From the NCBI RefSeq assembly GCF_009931435.1, contig NZ_CP043414.1: DNA of 64,000 bases; one strand, given 5' to 3'. The translations under genes and the position numbers were made by a program. The notes beneath the pieces are model-generated. The model saw nothing but the letters and a program-made list of their open reading frames with translations, had not been told where the DNA came from and ran no database searches. Below, one piece after another: positions 9,317 through 23,165 of the stretch. Each line of letters begins with the position of its first letter. Positions within the stretch are counted from its first letter, which is position 1. Source of the DNA: Escherichia coli. GTDB lineage: Bacteria > Pseudomonadota > Gammaproteobacteria > Enterobacterales > Enterobacteriaceae.

Positions 9317-12300
9317 ATGACTCCAGTAAAAGTGTGGCAAGAGCGCGTTGAGATCCCGACTTATGAAACAGGTCCGCAGGATATACACCCTATGTTCCTG
9401 GAAAATCGCGTTTATCAGGGATCGTCCGGTGCGGTTTATCCCTACGGCGTGACCGATACGCTGAGCGAGCAGAAAGTCCTGAAATCCTGGCAAGCGGTGT
9501 GGCTGGCAAACGACTATATCAAAGTGATGATCCTGCCGGAGTTGGGCGGTCGGGTGCATCGCGCTTGGGATAAAGTGAAACAGCGCGATTTTGTCTATCA
9601 CAATGAGGTGATTAAACCGGCGCTGGTAGGGCTATTGGGGCCGTGGATTTCGGGCGGGATTGAGTTTAACTGGCCACAACACCATCGCCCGACTACCTTT
9701 ATGCCCGTTGATTTCACCATCGAAGCCCATGAAGACGGCGCACAAACTGTGTGGGTTGGCGAAACGGAGCCGATGCACGGTTTACAGGTGATGACCGGTT
9801 TCACACTACGCCCTGACCGGGCGGCGCTGGAGATTGCCAGCCGCGTCTATAACGGCAATGCCACGCCGCGTCATTTCTTGTGGTGGGCCAACCCGGCAGT
9901 GAAAGGTGGCGAAGGGCATCAGAGCGTTTTCCCGCCGGATGTAACGGCGGTGTTTGATCACGGCAAACGGGCTGTTTCAGCTTTCCCTATCGCTACCGGC
10001 ACTTACTACAAAGTGGACTACTCCGCCGGAGTGGATATTTCTCGCTATAAAAATGTGCCAGTGCCGACTTCGTATATGGCCGAAAAATCGCAGTACGATT
10101 TTGTTGGCGCATGGTGTCACGATGAAGATGGCGGTTTGCTACACGTTGCCAACCACCACATCGCGCCAGGTAAAAAACAGTGGAGCTGGGGACACAGTGA
10201 ATTCGGCCAGGCGTGGGATAAGAGCCTGACCGACAATAACGGCCCGTATATCGAACTGATGACGGGTATTTTTGCCGATAACCAGCCCGATTTTACCTGG
10301 CTTGATGCTTACGAAGAGAAGCGTTTCGAGCAGTATTTCCTGCCTTATCATTCTCTGGGCATGGTGCAAAACGCCTCCCGCGATGCGGTGATTAAACTCC
10401 AGCGTAGTGAGCGGGGGATTGAGTGGGGGCTGTATGCCATCTCCCCGTTGAACGGATACCGGCTGGCGATCCGCGAAATCGGCAGATGCAACGCGTTACT
10501 CGACGATGCCGTGGCTCTGACACCAGCGAACGCCATTCAGGGCGTGTTGCATGGTATCAATCCTGACAGACTAACCATTGAACTCTCCGATACTGACGGC
10601 AATATCGTACTGAGTTATCAGGAACATCAGCCACAAGAGTTGCCGTTGCCGGACGTCGCCAAAGCGCCACTGGCAGCACAAGACATTACTAGTACAGATG
10701 AAGCCTGGTTTATCGGTCAGCATCTGGAGCAATATCATCATGCCAGCCGTTCACCGTTCGATTACTACCTGCGCGGTGTGGCGCTGGATCAGCTGGATTA
10801 TCGCTGTAACCTGGCGTTGGCAATGCTGGAATATAACCGCGCCGATTACCCACAAGCGGTGTCGTATGCCACTCAGGCGCTGAAACGCGCACATGTGCTG
10901 AACAAAAACCCGCAGTGCGGACAGGCGAGTTTGATTCGCGCCAGTGCTTACGAACGTCAGGGGCAATATCAACAAGCCGAAGAGGATTTCTGGCGTGCGG
11001 TCTGGAGCGGAAACAGTAAAGCCGGTGGCTATTATGGTCTGGCACGGCTGGCGGCGCGTAATGGTCACTTCGACGCGGGTCTGGATTTTTGCCAACAAAG
11101 TCTTCGCGCCTGCCCAACCAATCAGGAAGTGCTTTGCCTGCATAACCTGCTGCTGGTGTTAAGTGGTCGTCAGGACAACGCGCGTTTACAGCGAGAGAAG
11201 TTGCTGCGCGATTATCCGCTGAACGCCACCTTTTGGTGGCTGAACTGGTTCGATGGTTGTAGCGAATCTGCCCTCGTACAGTGGCGAGGTCTGTGTCAGG
11301 GACGCGACGTTAACGCCCTGATGACCGCCGGGCAACTGATTAACTGGGGCATGCCCGCTCTGGCGGCAGAGATGCTGAACGCACTGGACTGTCAGCGCAC
11401 GCTACCGCTTTACCTGCAAGCCAGTTTGCTGCCAAAAGCTGAACGCGGAGAACTGGTCGCAAAAGCTATTGATGTCTTCCCGCAGTTTGTCCGTTTCCCT
11501 AATACGCTGGAAGAAGTGGCGGCGCTGGAGAGTATCGAAGAGTGCTGGTTTGCCCGGCATTTACTGGCCTGTTTCTACTACAACAAGCGCAGCTACGGCA
11601 AAGCAATTGCCTTATGGCAACGTTGCGTTGAGATGTCGCCGGAGTTTGCCGACGGCTGGCGTGGGCTGGCAATCCATGCATGGAATAAGCAGCATGATTA
11701 TGAACTGGCCGCGCGTTATCTTGATAGTGCTTATCAGCTTGCGCCGCAGGATGCTCGTCTGCTTTTTGAACGGGATTTGCTGGATAAGCTAACCGGAGCC
11801 GCACCGGAGAAACGACTGGCTCGTCTGGAAAATAATCTGGAAATTGCTCTGAAACGCGACGACATGACCGCAGAACTGCTCAATTTGTGGCATCTCACTG
11901 GTCAGGCAGACAAAGCGGCGGACATTCTCGCCAAGCGCAAATTCCACCCGTGGGAAGGTGGGGAAGGGAAGGTCACCAGCCAGTTTATCCTCAACCAGTT
12001 ATTACGCGCCTGGCAGCATCTTGATGCCAGAGAGCCGCAGCAGGCCAGCGAACTGCTTCATGCCGCGTTGCATTATCCGGAGAATTTAAGCGAAGGCCGT
12101 TTACCGGGGCAAACTGACAACGACATCTGGTTCTGGCAGGCGATATGCGCCAAGGCGCAGGGCGATGAAACTGAAGCGACGCGTTGTTTACGTCTGGCGG
12201 CGACCGGCGATCGCACCATTAACATCCACAGTTATTACAACGATCAGCCGGTTGATTATCTCTTCTGGCAAGGGATGGCGCTGCGATTACTGGGCGAACA

Positions 12301-12598
12301 ACAAACCGCACAGCAACTGTTTAGTGAAATGAAACAGTGGGCACAAGAGATGGCAAAAACCAGTATCGAAGCGGATTTCTTTGCCGTCTCGCAACCTGAC
12401 TTGTTATCGCTGTATGGCGATTTACAACAGCAACATAAAGAAAAATGTCTGATGGTGGCGATGCTGGCGGCTGCGGGATTAGGCGAGATTGCGCAATACG
12501 AATCTGCTCGCGCTGAATTGACGGCGATTAATCCAGCCTGGCCGAAAGCGGCATTATTCACCACCGTGATGCCTTTTATTTTTAGCTACGTTCACTAA
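9317..12598 (+). CDS. yphG: Large conserved protein of unknown function with C-terminal TPR-like repeats
   Basis: 1093 aa from the ATG at 9317 (GAGGG RBS); the ORF track extends the frame to 9224; K-12 synteny. Confidence 0.75.
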   Translation: MTPVKVWQERVEIPTYETGPQDIHPMFLENRVYQGSSGAVYPYGVTDTLSEQKVLKSWQAVWLANDYIKVMILPELGGRVHRAWDKVKQRDFVYHNEVIKPALVGLLGPWISGGIEFNWPQHHRPTTFMPVDFTIEAHEDGAQTVWVGETEPMHGLQVMTGFTLRPDRAALEIASRVYNGNATPRHFLWWANPAVKGGEGHQSVFPPDVTAVFDHGKRAVSAFPIATGTYYKVDYSAGVDISRYKNVPVPTSYMAEKSQYDFVGAWCHDEDGGLLHVANHHIAPGKKQWSWGHSEFGQAWDKSLTDNNGPYIELMTGIFADNQPDFTWLDAYEEKRFEQYFLPYHSLGMVQNASRDAVIKLQRSERGIEWGLYAISPLNGYRLAIREIGRCNALLDDAVALTPANAIQGVLHGINPDRLTIELSDTDGNIVLSYQEHQPQELPLPDVAKAPLAAQDITSTDEAWFIGQHLEQYHHASRSPFDYYLRGVALDQLDYRCNLALAMLEYNRADYPQAVSYATQALKRAHVLNKNPQCGQASLIRASAYERQGQYQQAEEDFWRAVWSGNSKAGGYYGLARLAARNGHFDAGLDFCQQSLRACPTNQEVLCLHNLLLVLSGRQDNARLQREKLLRDYPLNATFWWLNWFDGCSESALVQWRGLCQGRDVNALMTAGQLINWGMPALAAEMLNALDCQRTLPLYLQASLLPKAERGELVAKAIDVFPQFVRFPNTLEEVAALESIEECWFARHLLACFYYNKRSYGKAIALWQRCVEMSPEFADGWRGLAIHAWNKQHDYELAARYLDSAYQLAPQDARLLFERDLLDKLTGAAPEKRLARLENNLEIALKRDDMTAELLNLWHLTGQADKAADILAKRKFHPWEGGEGKVTSQFILNQLLRAWQHLDAREPQQASELLHAALHYPENLSEGRLPGQTDNDIWFWQAICAKAQGDETEATRCLRLAATGDRTINIHSYYNDQPVDYLFWQGMALRLLGEQQTAQQLFSEMKQWAQEMAKTSIEADFFAVSQPDLLSLYGDLQQQHKEKCLMVAMLAAAGLGEIAQYESARAELTAINPAWPKAALFTTVMPFIFSYVH

Positions 12599-12694
12599 AC
12601 ACTATTAACTGTAATATTTGAGCGGCACGCGCTGCCGCTCACGCTCAAATAATTAAAATAAGCCGTTGTAAATAAAAACCCTACAGGAGGCACT

Positions 12695-13678
12695 ATGCCT
12701 AAAAAAATGAGAACAACCCGTAATCTATTATTAATGGCTACGCTATTAGGTAGCACACTATTTGCCAACGCTGCGGAAAAAGAAATGACCATTGGTGCAA
12801 TATACCTTGATACCCAGGGATATTACGCCGGAGTGCGCCAGGGCGTTCAGGATGCGGCAAAAGATTCTTCAGTACAGGTACAGTTAATTGAAACTAACGC
12901 CCAGGGCGATATTTCGAAAGAAAGTACCTTTGTTGATACCCTCGTGGCGCGTAATGTCGATGCCATTATTTTGTCGGCAGTGTCCGAAAATGGCAGTAGC
13001 CGCACCGTTCGCCGCGCCAGTGAGGCGGGTATTCCGGTGATTTGCTACAACACCTGTATTAATCAAAAGGGTGTCGATAAATATGTCTCGGCATATCTGG
13101 TTGGCGATCCGCTGGAATTTGGTAAAAAACTGGGTAACGCTGCCGCAGATTATTTTATTGCCAACAAAATTGACCAGCCGAAAATTGCTGTCATCAATTG
13201 CGAAGCCTTTGAAGTTTGTGTGCAACGACGTAAAGGGTTTGAAGAAGTATTAAAAGCCCGCGTTCCCGGCGCGAAAATTGTCGCTAATCAGGAAGGGACT
13301 GTTTTAGATAAAGCGATTTCTGTTGGTGAAAAACTGATTATCTCCACGCCAGATCTCAACGCCATTATGGGGGAATCGGGTGGAGCGACACTCGGCGCGG
13401 TAAAAGCGGTACGTAATCAAAATCAGGCTGGAAAAATTGCCGTTTTCGGTTCAGATATGACCACTGAAATTGCTCAGGAACTGGAAAATAACCAGGTGCT
13501 GAAAGCGGTAGTGGATATTTCCGGTAAGAAAATGGGCAATGCTGTTTTCGCGCAAACATTGAAGGTTATCAATAAACAAGCCGACGGTGAAAAAGTGATT
13601 CAGGTACCAATCGATCTCTATACCAAAACGGAAGACGGTAAACAGTGGCTGGCAACGCACGTTGATGGTCTGCCCTAA
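12695..13678 (+). CDS. yphF: ABC sugar transporter, periplasmic binding protein
   Basis: 327 aa with signal peptide; AGGAGG RBS upstream; LacI/ribose-binding-protein-like fold inferred from the sequence. Confidence 0.85.
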   Translation: MPKKMRTTRNLLLMATLLGSTLFANAAEKEMTIGAIYLDTQGYYAGVRQGVQDAAKDSSVQVQLIETNAQGDISKESTFVDTLVARNVDAIILSAVSENGSSRTVRRASEAGIPVICYNTCINQKGVDKYVSAYLVGDPLEFGKKLGNAAADYFIANKIDQPKIAVINCEAFEVCVQRRKGFEEVLKARVPGAKIVANQEGTVLDKAISVGEKLIISTPDLNAIMGESGGATLGAVKAVRNQNQAGKIAVFGSDMTTEIAQELENNQVLKAVVDISGKKMGNAVFAQTLKVINKQADGEKVIQVPIDLYTKTEDGKQWLATHVDGLP

Positions 13679-13700
13679 TCGCTGATTCGCAGAGGTCCCT

Positions 13701-15212
13701 ATGTTCACGGCAACAGAGGCAGTTCCGGTAGCAAAAGTGGTGGCAGGAAATAAGCGTTACCCCGGCGTCGTTGCGCTGGATAACGTTAACTTTACGCTCA
13801 ATAAAGGCGAAGTTCGCGCGCTGTTAGGCAAAAACGGTGCGGGAAAATCGACCCTCATTCGAATGCTTACCGGTAGCGAACGTCCGGATAGCGGTGATAT
13901 CTGGATTGGCGAGACGCGACTGGAAGGCGACGAAGCTACGCTGACTCGCCGTGCCGCTGAACTGGGGGTACGCGCGGTTTATCAGGAATTAAGTCTGGTG
14001 GAGGGGCTGACGGTGGCGGAAAATCTCTGCCTCGGTCAGTGGCCCCGCCGCAACGGCATGATTGATTACCTGCAAATGGCGCAGGATGCCCAACGTTGCT
14101 TACAGGCGCTGGGCGTCGATGTTAGCCCTGAACAACTTGTTTCGACACTAAGCCCGGCGCAAAAGCAACTGGTGGAAATTGCGCGGGTGATGAAAGGCGA
14201 GCCGCGCGTGGTCATTCTTGATGAACCTACCAGTTCGCTTGCCAGTACGGAAGTTGAACTGGTGATCAGCGCCGTGAAAAAGATGTCGGCACTGGGCGTG
14301 GCGGTGATTTATGTCAGCCACCGAATGGAAGAAATCCGCCGCATTGCCTCCTGTGCCACCGTCATGCGCGATGGTCAGGTGGCGGGCGATGTGATGCTCG
14401 AAAACACCTCAACCCGTCATATTGTGTCGCTGATGCTCGGGCGCGATCACGTTGATCTTGCACCGGTTGTAGCTCAGGAGATTGCGGACCAGACCGTACT
14501 GGAAGTTCGCGCGTTACGCCACAGACCAAAACTTACGGAGATCAGTTTTTCCCTGCGTCGTGGCGAAGTGCTCGGCATTGCTGGCCTGCTGGGGGCAGGG
14601 CGCAGTGAATTGCTGAAGGCGATTGTTGGACTGGAGACGTATGAACAGGGCGAAATTGTTATCAACGGCGAGAAAATCACGCGCCCCGATTACGGCGACA
14701 TGCTGAAACGCGGCATTGGCTATACGCCAGAAAACCGCAAAGAAGCGGGGATCATTCCCTGGCTGGGCGTTGACGAAAATACGGTACTGACCAATCGGCA
14801 AAAAATCAGCGCCAACGGTGTGCTGCAATGGTCCACCATCCGCCGCCTGACCGAAGAGGTGATGCAGCGGATGACGGTCAAGGCCGCCAGTAGCGAAACG
14901 CCCATCGGCACGCTTTCTGGCGGCAATCAGCAAAAAGTGGTGATCGGTCGTTGGGTCTATGCCGCCAGCCAGATTTTATTGCTCGACGAGCCAACGCGCG
15001 GCGTCGATATCGAAGCCAAACAGCAGATTTACCGTATTGTCCGCGAGCTGGCTGCCGAAGGGAAAAGCGTGGTGTTTATCTCCAGTGAAGTGGAGGAGTT
15101 GCCGCTGGTGTGCGACCGCATCCTGTTATTACAGCACGGTACGTTCTCGCAGGAGTTTCACTCGCCGGTCAATGTGGATGAGCTGATGTCCGCCATTCTG
15201 TCTGTGCACTGA
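13701..15212 (+). CDS. yphE: ABC sugar transporter ATPase (tandem ATP-binding cassettes)
   Basis: 503 aa; Walker A GKNGAGKST, signature LSGGNQQK, Walker B ILLLDEPT. Confidence 0.9.
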   Translation: MFTATEAVPVAKVVAGNKRYPGVVALDNVNFTLNKGEVRALLGKNGAGKSTLIRMLTGSERPDSGDIWIGETRLEGDEATLTRRAAELGVRAVYQELSLVEGLTVAENLCLGQWPRRNGMIDYLQMAQDAQRCLQALGVDVSPEQLVSTLSPAQKQLVEIARVMKGEPRVVILDEPTSSLASTEVELVISAVKKMSALGVAVIYVSHRMEEIRRIASCATVMRDGQVAGDVMLENTSTRHIVSLMLGRDHVDLAPVVAQEIADQTVLEVRALRHRPKLTEISFSLRRGEVLGIAGLLGAGRSELLKAIVGLETYEQGEIVINGEKITRPDYGDMLKRGIGYTPENRKEAGIIPWLGVDENTVLTNRQKISANGVLQWSTIRRLTEEVMQRMTVKAASSETPIGTLSGGNQQKVVIGRWVYAASQILLLDEPTRGVDIEAKQQIYRIVRELAAEGKSVVFISSEVEELPLVCDRILLLQHGTFSQEFHSPVNVDELMSAILSVH

Positions 15213-15236
15213 TGAATTTTACCGAGGAACCTGAAG

Positions 15237-16235
15237 ATGTCTGCTTCGTCATTACCATTGCCGCAGGGCAAGAGCGTCTCGCTCAAACAATTTGTCAGTC
15301 GCCATATTAATGAGATCGGTTTGCTGGTGGTAATCGCCATTCTTTATCTGGTCTTCTCCCTGAATGCGCCTGGCTTTATCTCATTGAATAACCAAATGAA
15401 CGTGCTGCGCGATGCTGCCACCATCGGGATCGCCGCCTGGGCGATGACGCTGATTATTATCTCCGGTGAAATTGATGTCAGCGTTGGACCGATGGTGGCT
15501 TTTGTCTCGGTGTGCCTGGCATTTTTGCTGCAATTTGACGTTCCGCTGGCGATTGCTTGTCTGCTGGTGTTGCTGTTAGGCGCGCTGATGGGGACGCTGG
15601 CCGGCGTGCTGCGCGGCGTGTTTAACGTGCCCAGTTTCGTTGCCACGCTGGGGCTGTGGAGCGCCCTGCGCGGAATGGGGCTGTTTATGACTAACGCCCT
15701 GCCAGTGCCGATTGACGAAAACGAGGTACTGGACTGGCTGGGGGGACAATTTCTCGGTGTGCCAGTATCCGCGCTGATCATGATGGTGTTGTTTGCGCTG
15801 TTTGTGTTCATCAGCCGCAAAACCGCCTTCGGGCGCTCGGTTTTTGCTGTTGGCGGTAATGCGACGGCAGCGCAGTTGTGCGGTATCAACGTTCGTCGGG
15901 TGCGCATTCTTATTTTTACCCTTTCGGGATTATTAGCGGCGGTGACCGGCATTTTGCTGGCAGCTCGCCTCGGTTCTGGTAACGCAGGTGCGGCAAACGG
16001 TCTGGAGTTTGACGTCATCGCTGCGGTCGTGGTCGGCGGTACGGCACTTTCCGGCGGTCGCGGTTCCTTGTTCGGTACGTTGCTTGGTGTGCTGGTGATT
16101 ACGCTAATCGGTAACGGTCTGGTGTTGCTCGGGATTAACTCTTTTTTCCAGCAGGTGGTGCGCGGCGTCATCATCGTGGTGGCGGTTCTGGCGAATATCT
16201 TGCTGACCCAGCGAAGCAGTAAAGCGAAACGCTAA
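15237..16235 (+). CDS. yphD: ABC sugar transporter permease
   Basis: 332 aa, strongly hydrophobic multi-pass protein of the ribose/xylose permease type. Confidence 0.9.
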   Translation: MSASSLPLPQGKSVSLKQFVSRHINEIGLLVVIAILYLVFSLNAPGFISLNNQMNVLRDAATIGIAAWAMTLIIISGEIDVSVGPMVAFVSVCLAFLLQFDVPLAIACLLVLLLGALMGTLAGVLRGVFNVPSFVATLGLWSALRGMGLFMTNALPVPIDENEVLDWLGGQFLGVPVSALIMMVLFALFVFISRKTAFGRSVFAVGGNATAAQLCGINVRRVRILIFTLSGLLAAVTGILLAARLGSGNAGAANGLEFDVIAAVVVGGTALSGGRGSLFGTLLGVLVITLIGNGLVLLGINSFFQQVVRGVIIVVAVLANILLTQRSSKAKR

Positions 16236-16300
16236 ACCTTAACGCCCCTGGCGCGGGTGCGGCAGGGATGAAAATTAATCGTATTGTTAATGAGGGAATT

Positions 16301-17362
16301 ATGAAAACGATGCTGGCAGCTTATTTACCAGGAAATTCGACCGTCGATCTGCGGGAAGTTGCGGTGCCGACACCGGGGATTAACCAGGTACTGATTAAAA
16401 TGAAATCCTCCGGGATTTGCGGAAGCGATGTCCACTATATCTATCATCAACACCGCGCCACAGCGGCGGCTCCCGATAAACCGTTATACCAGGGATTTAT
16501 CAACGGTCATGAACCGTGCGGGCAAATTGTGGCGATGGGGCAAGGTTGTCGCCATTTTAAAGAGGGCGACCGCGTGCTGGTGTATCACATTTCTGGCTGT
16601 GGTTTTTGCCCGAACTGCCGTCGCGGTTTTCCTATCTCTTGTACTGGCGAAGGAAAAGCTGCTTACGGCTGGCAGCGTGACGGCGGTCATGCTGAATATC
16701 TGCTGGCGGAAGAAAAAGATCTGATCCTCCTGCCGGATGCGTTGAGCTACGAAGATGGTGCGTTTATCAGTTGTGGCGTTGGCACAGCGTATGAAGGGAT
16801 TTTGCGTGGCGAAGTTTCCGGCAGTGATAACGTGCTGGTGGTCGGTCTGGGGCCGGTCGGCATGATGGCGATGATGCTGGCGAAAGGTCGCGGTGCAAAA
16901 AGGATCATCGGCGTTGATATGCTGCCGGAACGTCTGGCGATGGCGAAACAGTTAGGGGTGATGGATCATGGTTATTTAGCAACCACTGAAGGTCTGCCGC
17001 AGATTATCGCCGAACTTACCCACGGCGGCGCGGATGTTGCGCTCGATTGTTCCGGTAATGCCGCAGGTCGCTTACTGGCTTTGCAATCCACCGCTGACTG
17101 GGGACGCGTGGTTTACATCGGAGAAACCGGAAAAGTCGAGTTCGAGGTTAGCGCCGACCTGATGCACCATCAACGGCGGATTATTGGCTCCTGGGTGACC
17201 AGTTTGTTCCATATGGAAAAATGTGCCCATGATTTGACTGACTGGAAACTGTGGCCGCGTAACGCCATTACCCACCGCTTCACGCTGGAACAGGCAGGTG
17301 ATGCCTATGCGCTGATGGCGAGCGGCAAATGCGGGAAAGTTGTGATTAACTTCCCGGATTAA
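16301..17362 (+). CDS. yphC: Zn-dependent alcohol/polyol dehydrogenase
   Basis: 353 aa from the ATG at 16301 (GAGGGA RBS); GHEPCG zinc motif and GxGxxG Rossmann motif (VVGLGPVG). Confidence 0.85.
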   Translation: MKTMLAAYLPGNSTVDLREVAVPTPGINQVLIKMKSSGICGSDVHYIYHQHRATAAAPDKPLYQGFINGHEPCGQIVAMGQGCRHFKEGDRVLVYHISGCGFCPNCRRGFPISCTGEGKAAYGWQRDGGHAEYLLAEEKDLILLPDALSYEDGAFISCGVGTAYEGILRGEVSGSDNVLVVGLGPVGMMAMMLAKGRGAKRIIGVDMLPERLAMAKQLGVMDHGYLATTEGLPQIIAELTHGGADVALDCSGNAAGRLLALQSTADWGRVVYIGETGKVEFEVSADLMHHQRRIIGSWVTSLFHMEKCAHDLTDWKLWPRNAITHRFTLEQAGDAYALMASGKCGKVVINFPD

Positions 17363-17373
17363 GGAGTCAGCGG

Positions 17374-18246
17374 ATGACCATCTATACCTTATCTCACGGG
17401 CCGCTAAAGCTGGACGTTTCTGACCGGGGCGGCGTCATCGAAGGCTTCTGGCGTGACGTGACGCCGCTCTTACGTCTCGGTAAAAAAAGCGGTGTGGCAA
17501 CCGATGCCTCTTGTTTTCCGCTGGTGCCGTTTGCAAACCGGGTGAGCGGCAACCATTTTGTCTGGCAGGGGCGTGAGTATCAACTGCAACCGAATATTGA
17601 ATGGGATGCGCACTATCTGCACGGCGACGGCTGGCTGGGCGAGTGGCAATGTGTCTCGCGCAGCGATGATAGCTTGTGTCTGGTGTATGAACATCGCAGC
17701 GGTGTTTATCACTATCGGGTAAGTCAGGCGTTTCATTTAACGGCAGATACGCTGACGGTGACGCTCTCTGTCACCAACCAAGGGACAGAGACGCTGCCAT
17801 TTGGTACCGGCTGGCATCCTTATTTTCCGTTGTCACCACAAACGCGGATTCAGGCGCAGGCGAGCGGTTACTGGCTGGAGCGGGAGCAGTGGCTGGCGGG
17901 GGAGTTTTGCAAGCAGCTACCGCAGCAGCTGGATTTCAACCAGCTCGCGCCGTTGCCGCGCCAGTGGGTAAACAATGGCTTTGCCGGATGGAATGGTCAG
18001 GCCCGCATCGAGCAGCCGCAGGAGGGTTATGCCATCATCATGGAAACGACGCCGCCGGCACCGTGTTATTTCATCTTTGTTTCCGATCCGGCGTTTGATA
18101 AAGGATATGCGTTTGATTTCTTCTGTCTGGAACCGATGAGTCATGCGCCGGATGACCATCATCGCCCGGAAGGAGGTGACCTCATTGCGCTTGCGCCGGG
18201 GGAATCAACAACGTCAGAGATGTCGTTGCGGGTTGCGTTACTGTAA
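17374..18246 (+). CDS. yphB: Aldose 1-epimerase (mutarotase) family protein
   Basis: 290 aa; K-12 synteny and family recognition. Confidence 0.8.
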   Translation: MTIYTLSHGPLKLDVSDRGGVIEGFWRDVTPLLRLGKKSGVATDASCFPLVPFANRVSGNHFVWQGREYQLQPNIEWDAHYLHGDGWLGEWQCVSRSDDSLCLVYEHRSGVYHYRVSQAFHLTADTLTVTLSVTNQGTETLPFGTGWHPYFPLSPQTRIQAQASGYWLEREQWLAGEFCKQLPQQLDFNQLAPLPRQWVNNGFAGWNGQARIEQPQEGYAIIMETTPPAPCYFIFVSDPAFDKGYAFDFFCLEPMSHAPDDHHRPEGGDLIALAPGESTTSEMSLRVALL

Positions 18247-18254
18247 TTTATAAA

Positions 18255-18291
18255 ATGCCGGATAAGGCGTTCACGCCGCATCCGGCATCTT
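18255..18291. repeat. REP element
   Basis: atgccggataaggcgttcacgccgcatccggcat fits the REP consensus. Confidence 0.6.
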
Positions 18292-18293
18292 TC

Positions 18294-18716
18294 CTAACGC
18301 CGATCGAGAGAAATTGCCCCCGGCCCGGTAATTGCCAACAGCAGGAATGCGCCAGCGATACTGACATTCTTCCAGAAATTAATCATATTTGGCCCAACCG
18401 CATCGCCGGTCATATCCCAGTAATGGTGACCAATCACCGCCGTACCCAGCGTGTAGAAAATAAACAGCACCGCCAGCGGACGGGTGAAAAAGCCAAGCAC
18501 GATTAAAATCGCGGCGGGCACTTCCATAACTACCGCAATAATCGCTGCCAGCATCGGCATTGGCGCGCCCAGCGAGGCCATATATTGGACCGTACCGTCA
18601 AAGCCCATCATTTTGGGAAAACCAAAAATAATGAAAATTAAGACCACGGCGATACGGGCAATTAATAACAAAACGGGGCGTGCAACACCAAAATCAAAAT
18701 AACGTAGTGAGTTCAT
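18294..18716 (-). CDS. yphA: DoxX-family inner membrane protein
   Basis: 140 aa from [10 protein letters not shown] (AAGGGA RBS); hydrophobic; the ORF track extends 15 codons further upstream. Confidence 0.8.
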   Translation of the reverse strand: MNSLRYFDFGVARPVLLLIARIAVVLIFIIFGFPKMMGFDGTVQYMASLGAPMPMLAAIIAVVMEVPAAILIVLGFFTRPLAVLFIFYTLGTAVIGHHYWDMTGDAVGPNMINFWKNVSIAGAFLLLAITGPGAISLDRR

Positions 18717-18812
18717 AACCAATCCCTTTGCAAGATAATGTGATTTAAACGTAATACACACTCTGGCACCTCGCCACGCCCCAGGAGTTGAGATATTCGC
18801 TAATTATCCTGG

Positions 18813-20024
<1,212 letters not shown>

Positions 20025-20837
20025 TTAAAGATCCAGCCCAGCCGCTACGTGGCGAATGCCGCGAATCGCTAAACCCGCATCAGCGTTGATCATCACACCG
20101 CTTAATGCGCGATTATTGCGCCGCGATGCCAACATCACATACGGACCCGTAAAATCCGCCGGTTGCGGGAAAAATTGCAGCGGTAATATGGCGGCAATTT
20201 TCTCCGGCGTCAGAGACTGCATTATCGAGGTTTCACTTTGCCCGAGCGCCTGTGGGCCGCGCAGGTCGCTGGCCATACCACACGGGCCGACGCCATTCAC
20301 CCGCACTTTCGGTGCCAGTTCATAAGCCAGTTGGCGAATAAGTCCGGTTGCGGCATGTTTACTGGCGGTGTACAGCGGGCCACCGCCGCCGGGATACCAG
20401 GCGGCATTTGACAGTGTGAAAATCATGCTGCCTTCACTGGCGATTAACGCCGGAGCGCTGGCTTTTGCGCCCAGCAGGTAACCGAGTACGTTGACGTTAA
20501 ACAGCTCGTGGAAGCCGGTTTCGAGCGTCTCTGCGGGAGTATTAACCAGTGAGGCATTGTGATCCCAGATGCCCGCATTGCCGATAAAACAATCCAGCTT
20601 GCCGGAACGAGTCAGGATCTGATCGATCGCGCGTTGATAATCGGCATAACAGGTCACGTTGCCTTCCACCGCCAGAATATGTTCACCAAATCGCTGACGC
20701 AGACTGGCGACTTTCGCCGCCGACAGTTCCAGCGTGGCAACCTGCGCGCCTTCTTCGATAAATCGCTCGACCAGCGCCAGGCCTAATCCCGATCCGCCGC
20801 CGGTAATAAAGATGGACTCGTTATGCAGATCGCTCAT
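20025..20837 (-). CDS. hcaB: cis-dihydrodiol dehydrogenase (short-chain dehydrogenase/reductase)
   Basis: 270 aa; TGGGSGLG Rossmann motif and YxxxK catalytic motif. Confidence 0.9.
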   Translation of the reverse strand: MSDLHNESIFITGGGSGLGLALVERFIEEGAQVATLELSAAKVASLRQRFGEHILAVEGNVTCYADYQRAIDQILTRSGKLDCFIGNAGIWDHNASLVNTPAETLETGFHELFNVNVLGYLLGAKASAPALIASEGSMIFTLSNAAWYPGGGGPLYTASKHAATGLIRQLAYELAPKVRVNGVGPCGMASDLRGPQALGQSETSIMQSLTPEKIAAILPLQFFPQPADFTGPYVMLASRRNNRALSGVMINADAGLAIRGIRHVAAGLDL

Positions 20838-21153
20838 GGCTGCGCCTCCGGTAAGTCGATGAAGATGTCACCACCTTCAACGTGTACTGGATAAGTGGTT
20901 AGCGGATCGGTGGCGGGCAGGCATAATGCTTTCCCCGTTTTCAGGCAAAAACTGGCGGCGTGCAGCGGGCACTCCACCGTGGCGTCATCTTCCAGATACC
21001 CTTCTGACATCGACGCATTACCATGGCTGCAACGATCGTTAATGGCATAAAACTCGCCGCCCACGTTGAACAAGGCGATGACGGGCGAGGTATCTATCCG
21101 GAGAGCCTCACCCTCCGGCACATCCGCAACGGGACACGCATAAATTCGATTCA

Positions 21154-21154
<1 letters not shown>
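20834..21154 (-). CDS. hcaC: Rieske-type ferredoxin subunit of 3-phenylpropionate dioxygenase
   Basis: 106 aa; CSH ... CPLH Rieske motifs; 4-bp overlap with hcaB. Confidence 0.9.
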
Positions 21155-23066
<1,912 letters not shown>

Positions 23067-23165
23067 CTATTTTTGTGCCATAAGGATGTTGCTGGTTGGT
23101 TGCTGATATGTGAAATAGTTAATTTCTACCAACTGAGACGTTTTTTCGATAACAAGGGGAAGGTG

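Noticed and set aside
12599-12694. Palindrome tttgagcggcacgcgctgccgctcacgctcaaa after yphG
   Set aside because: It could be a terminator or a regulator site, but there is no T-run and yphF follows closely with its own RBS. Evidence is insufficient to call either.
15344-16174. 276-aa minus-strand ORF inside yphD
   Set aside because: Antisense to a clear ABC permease; the translation is Pro/Thr/Ala-rich low complexity.
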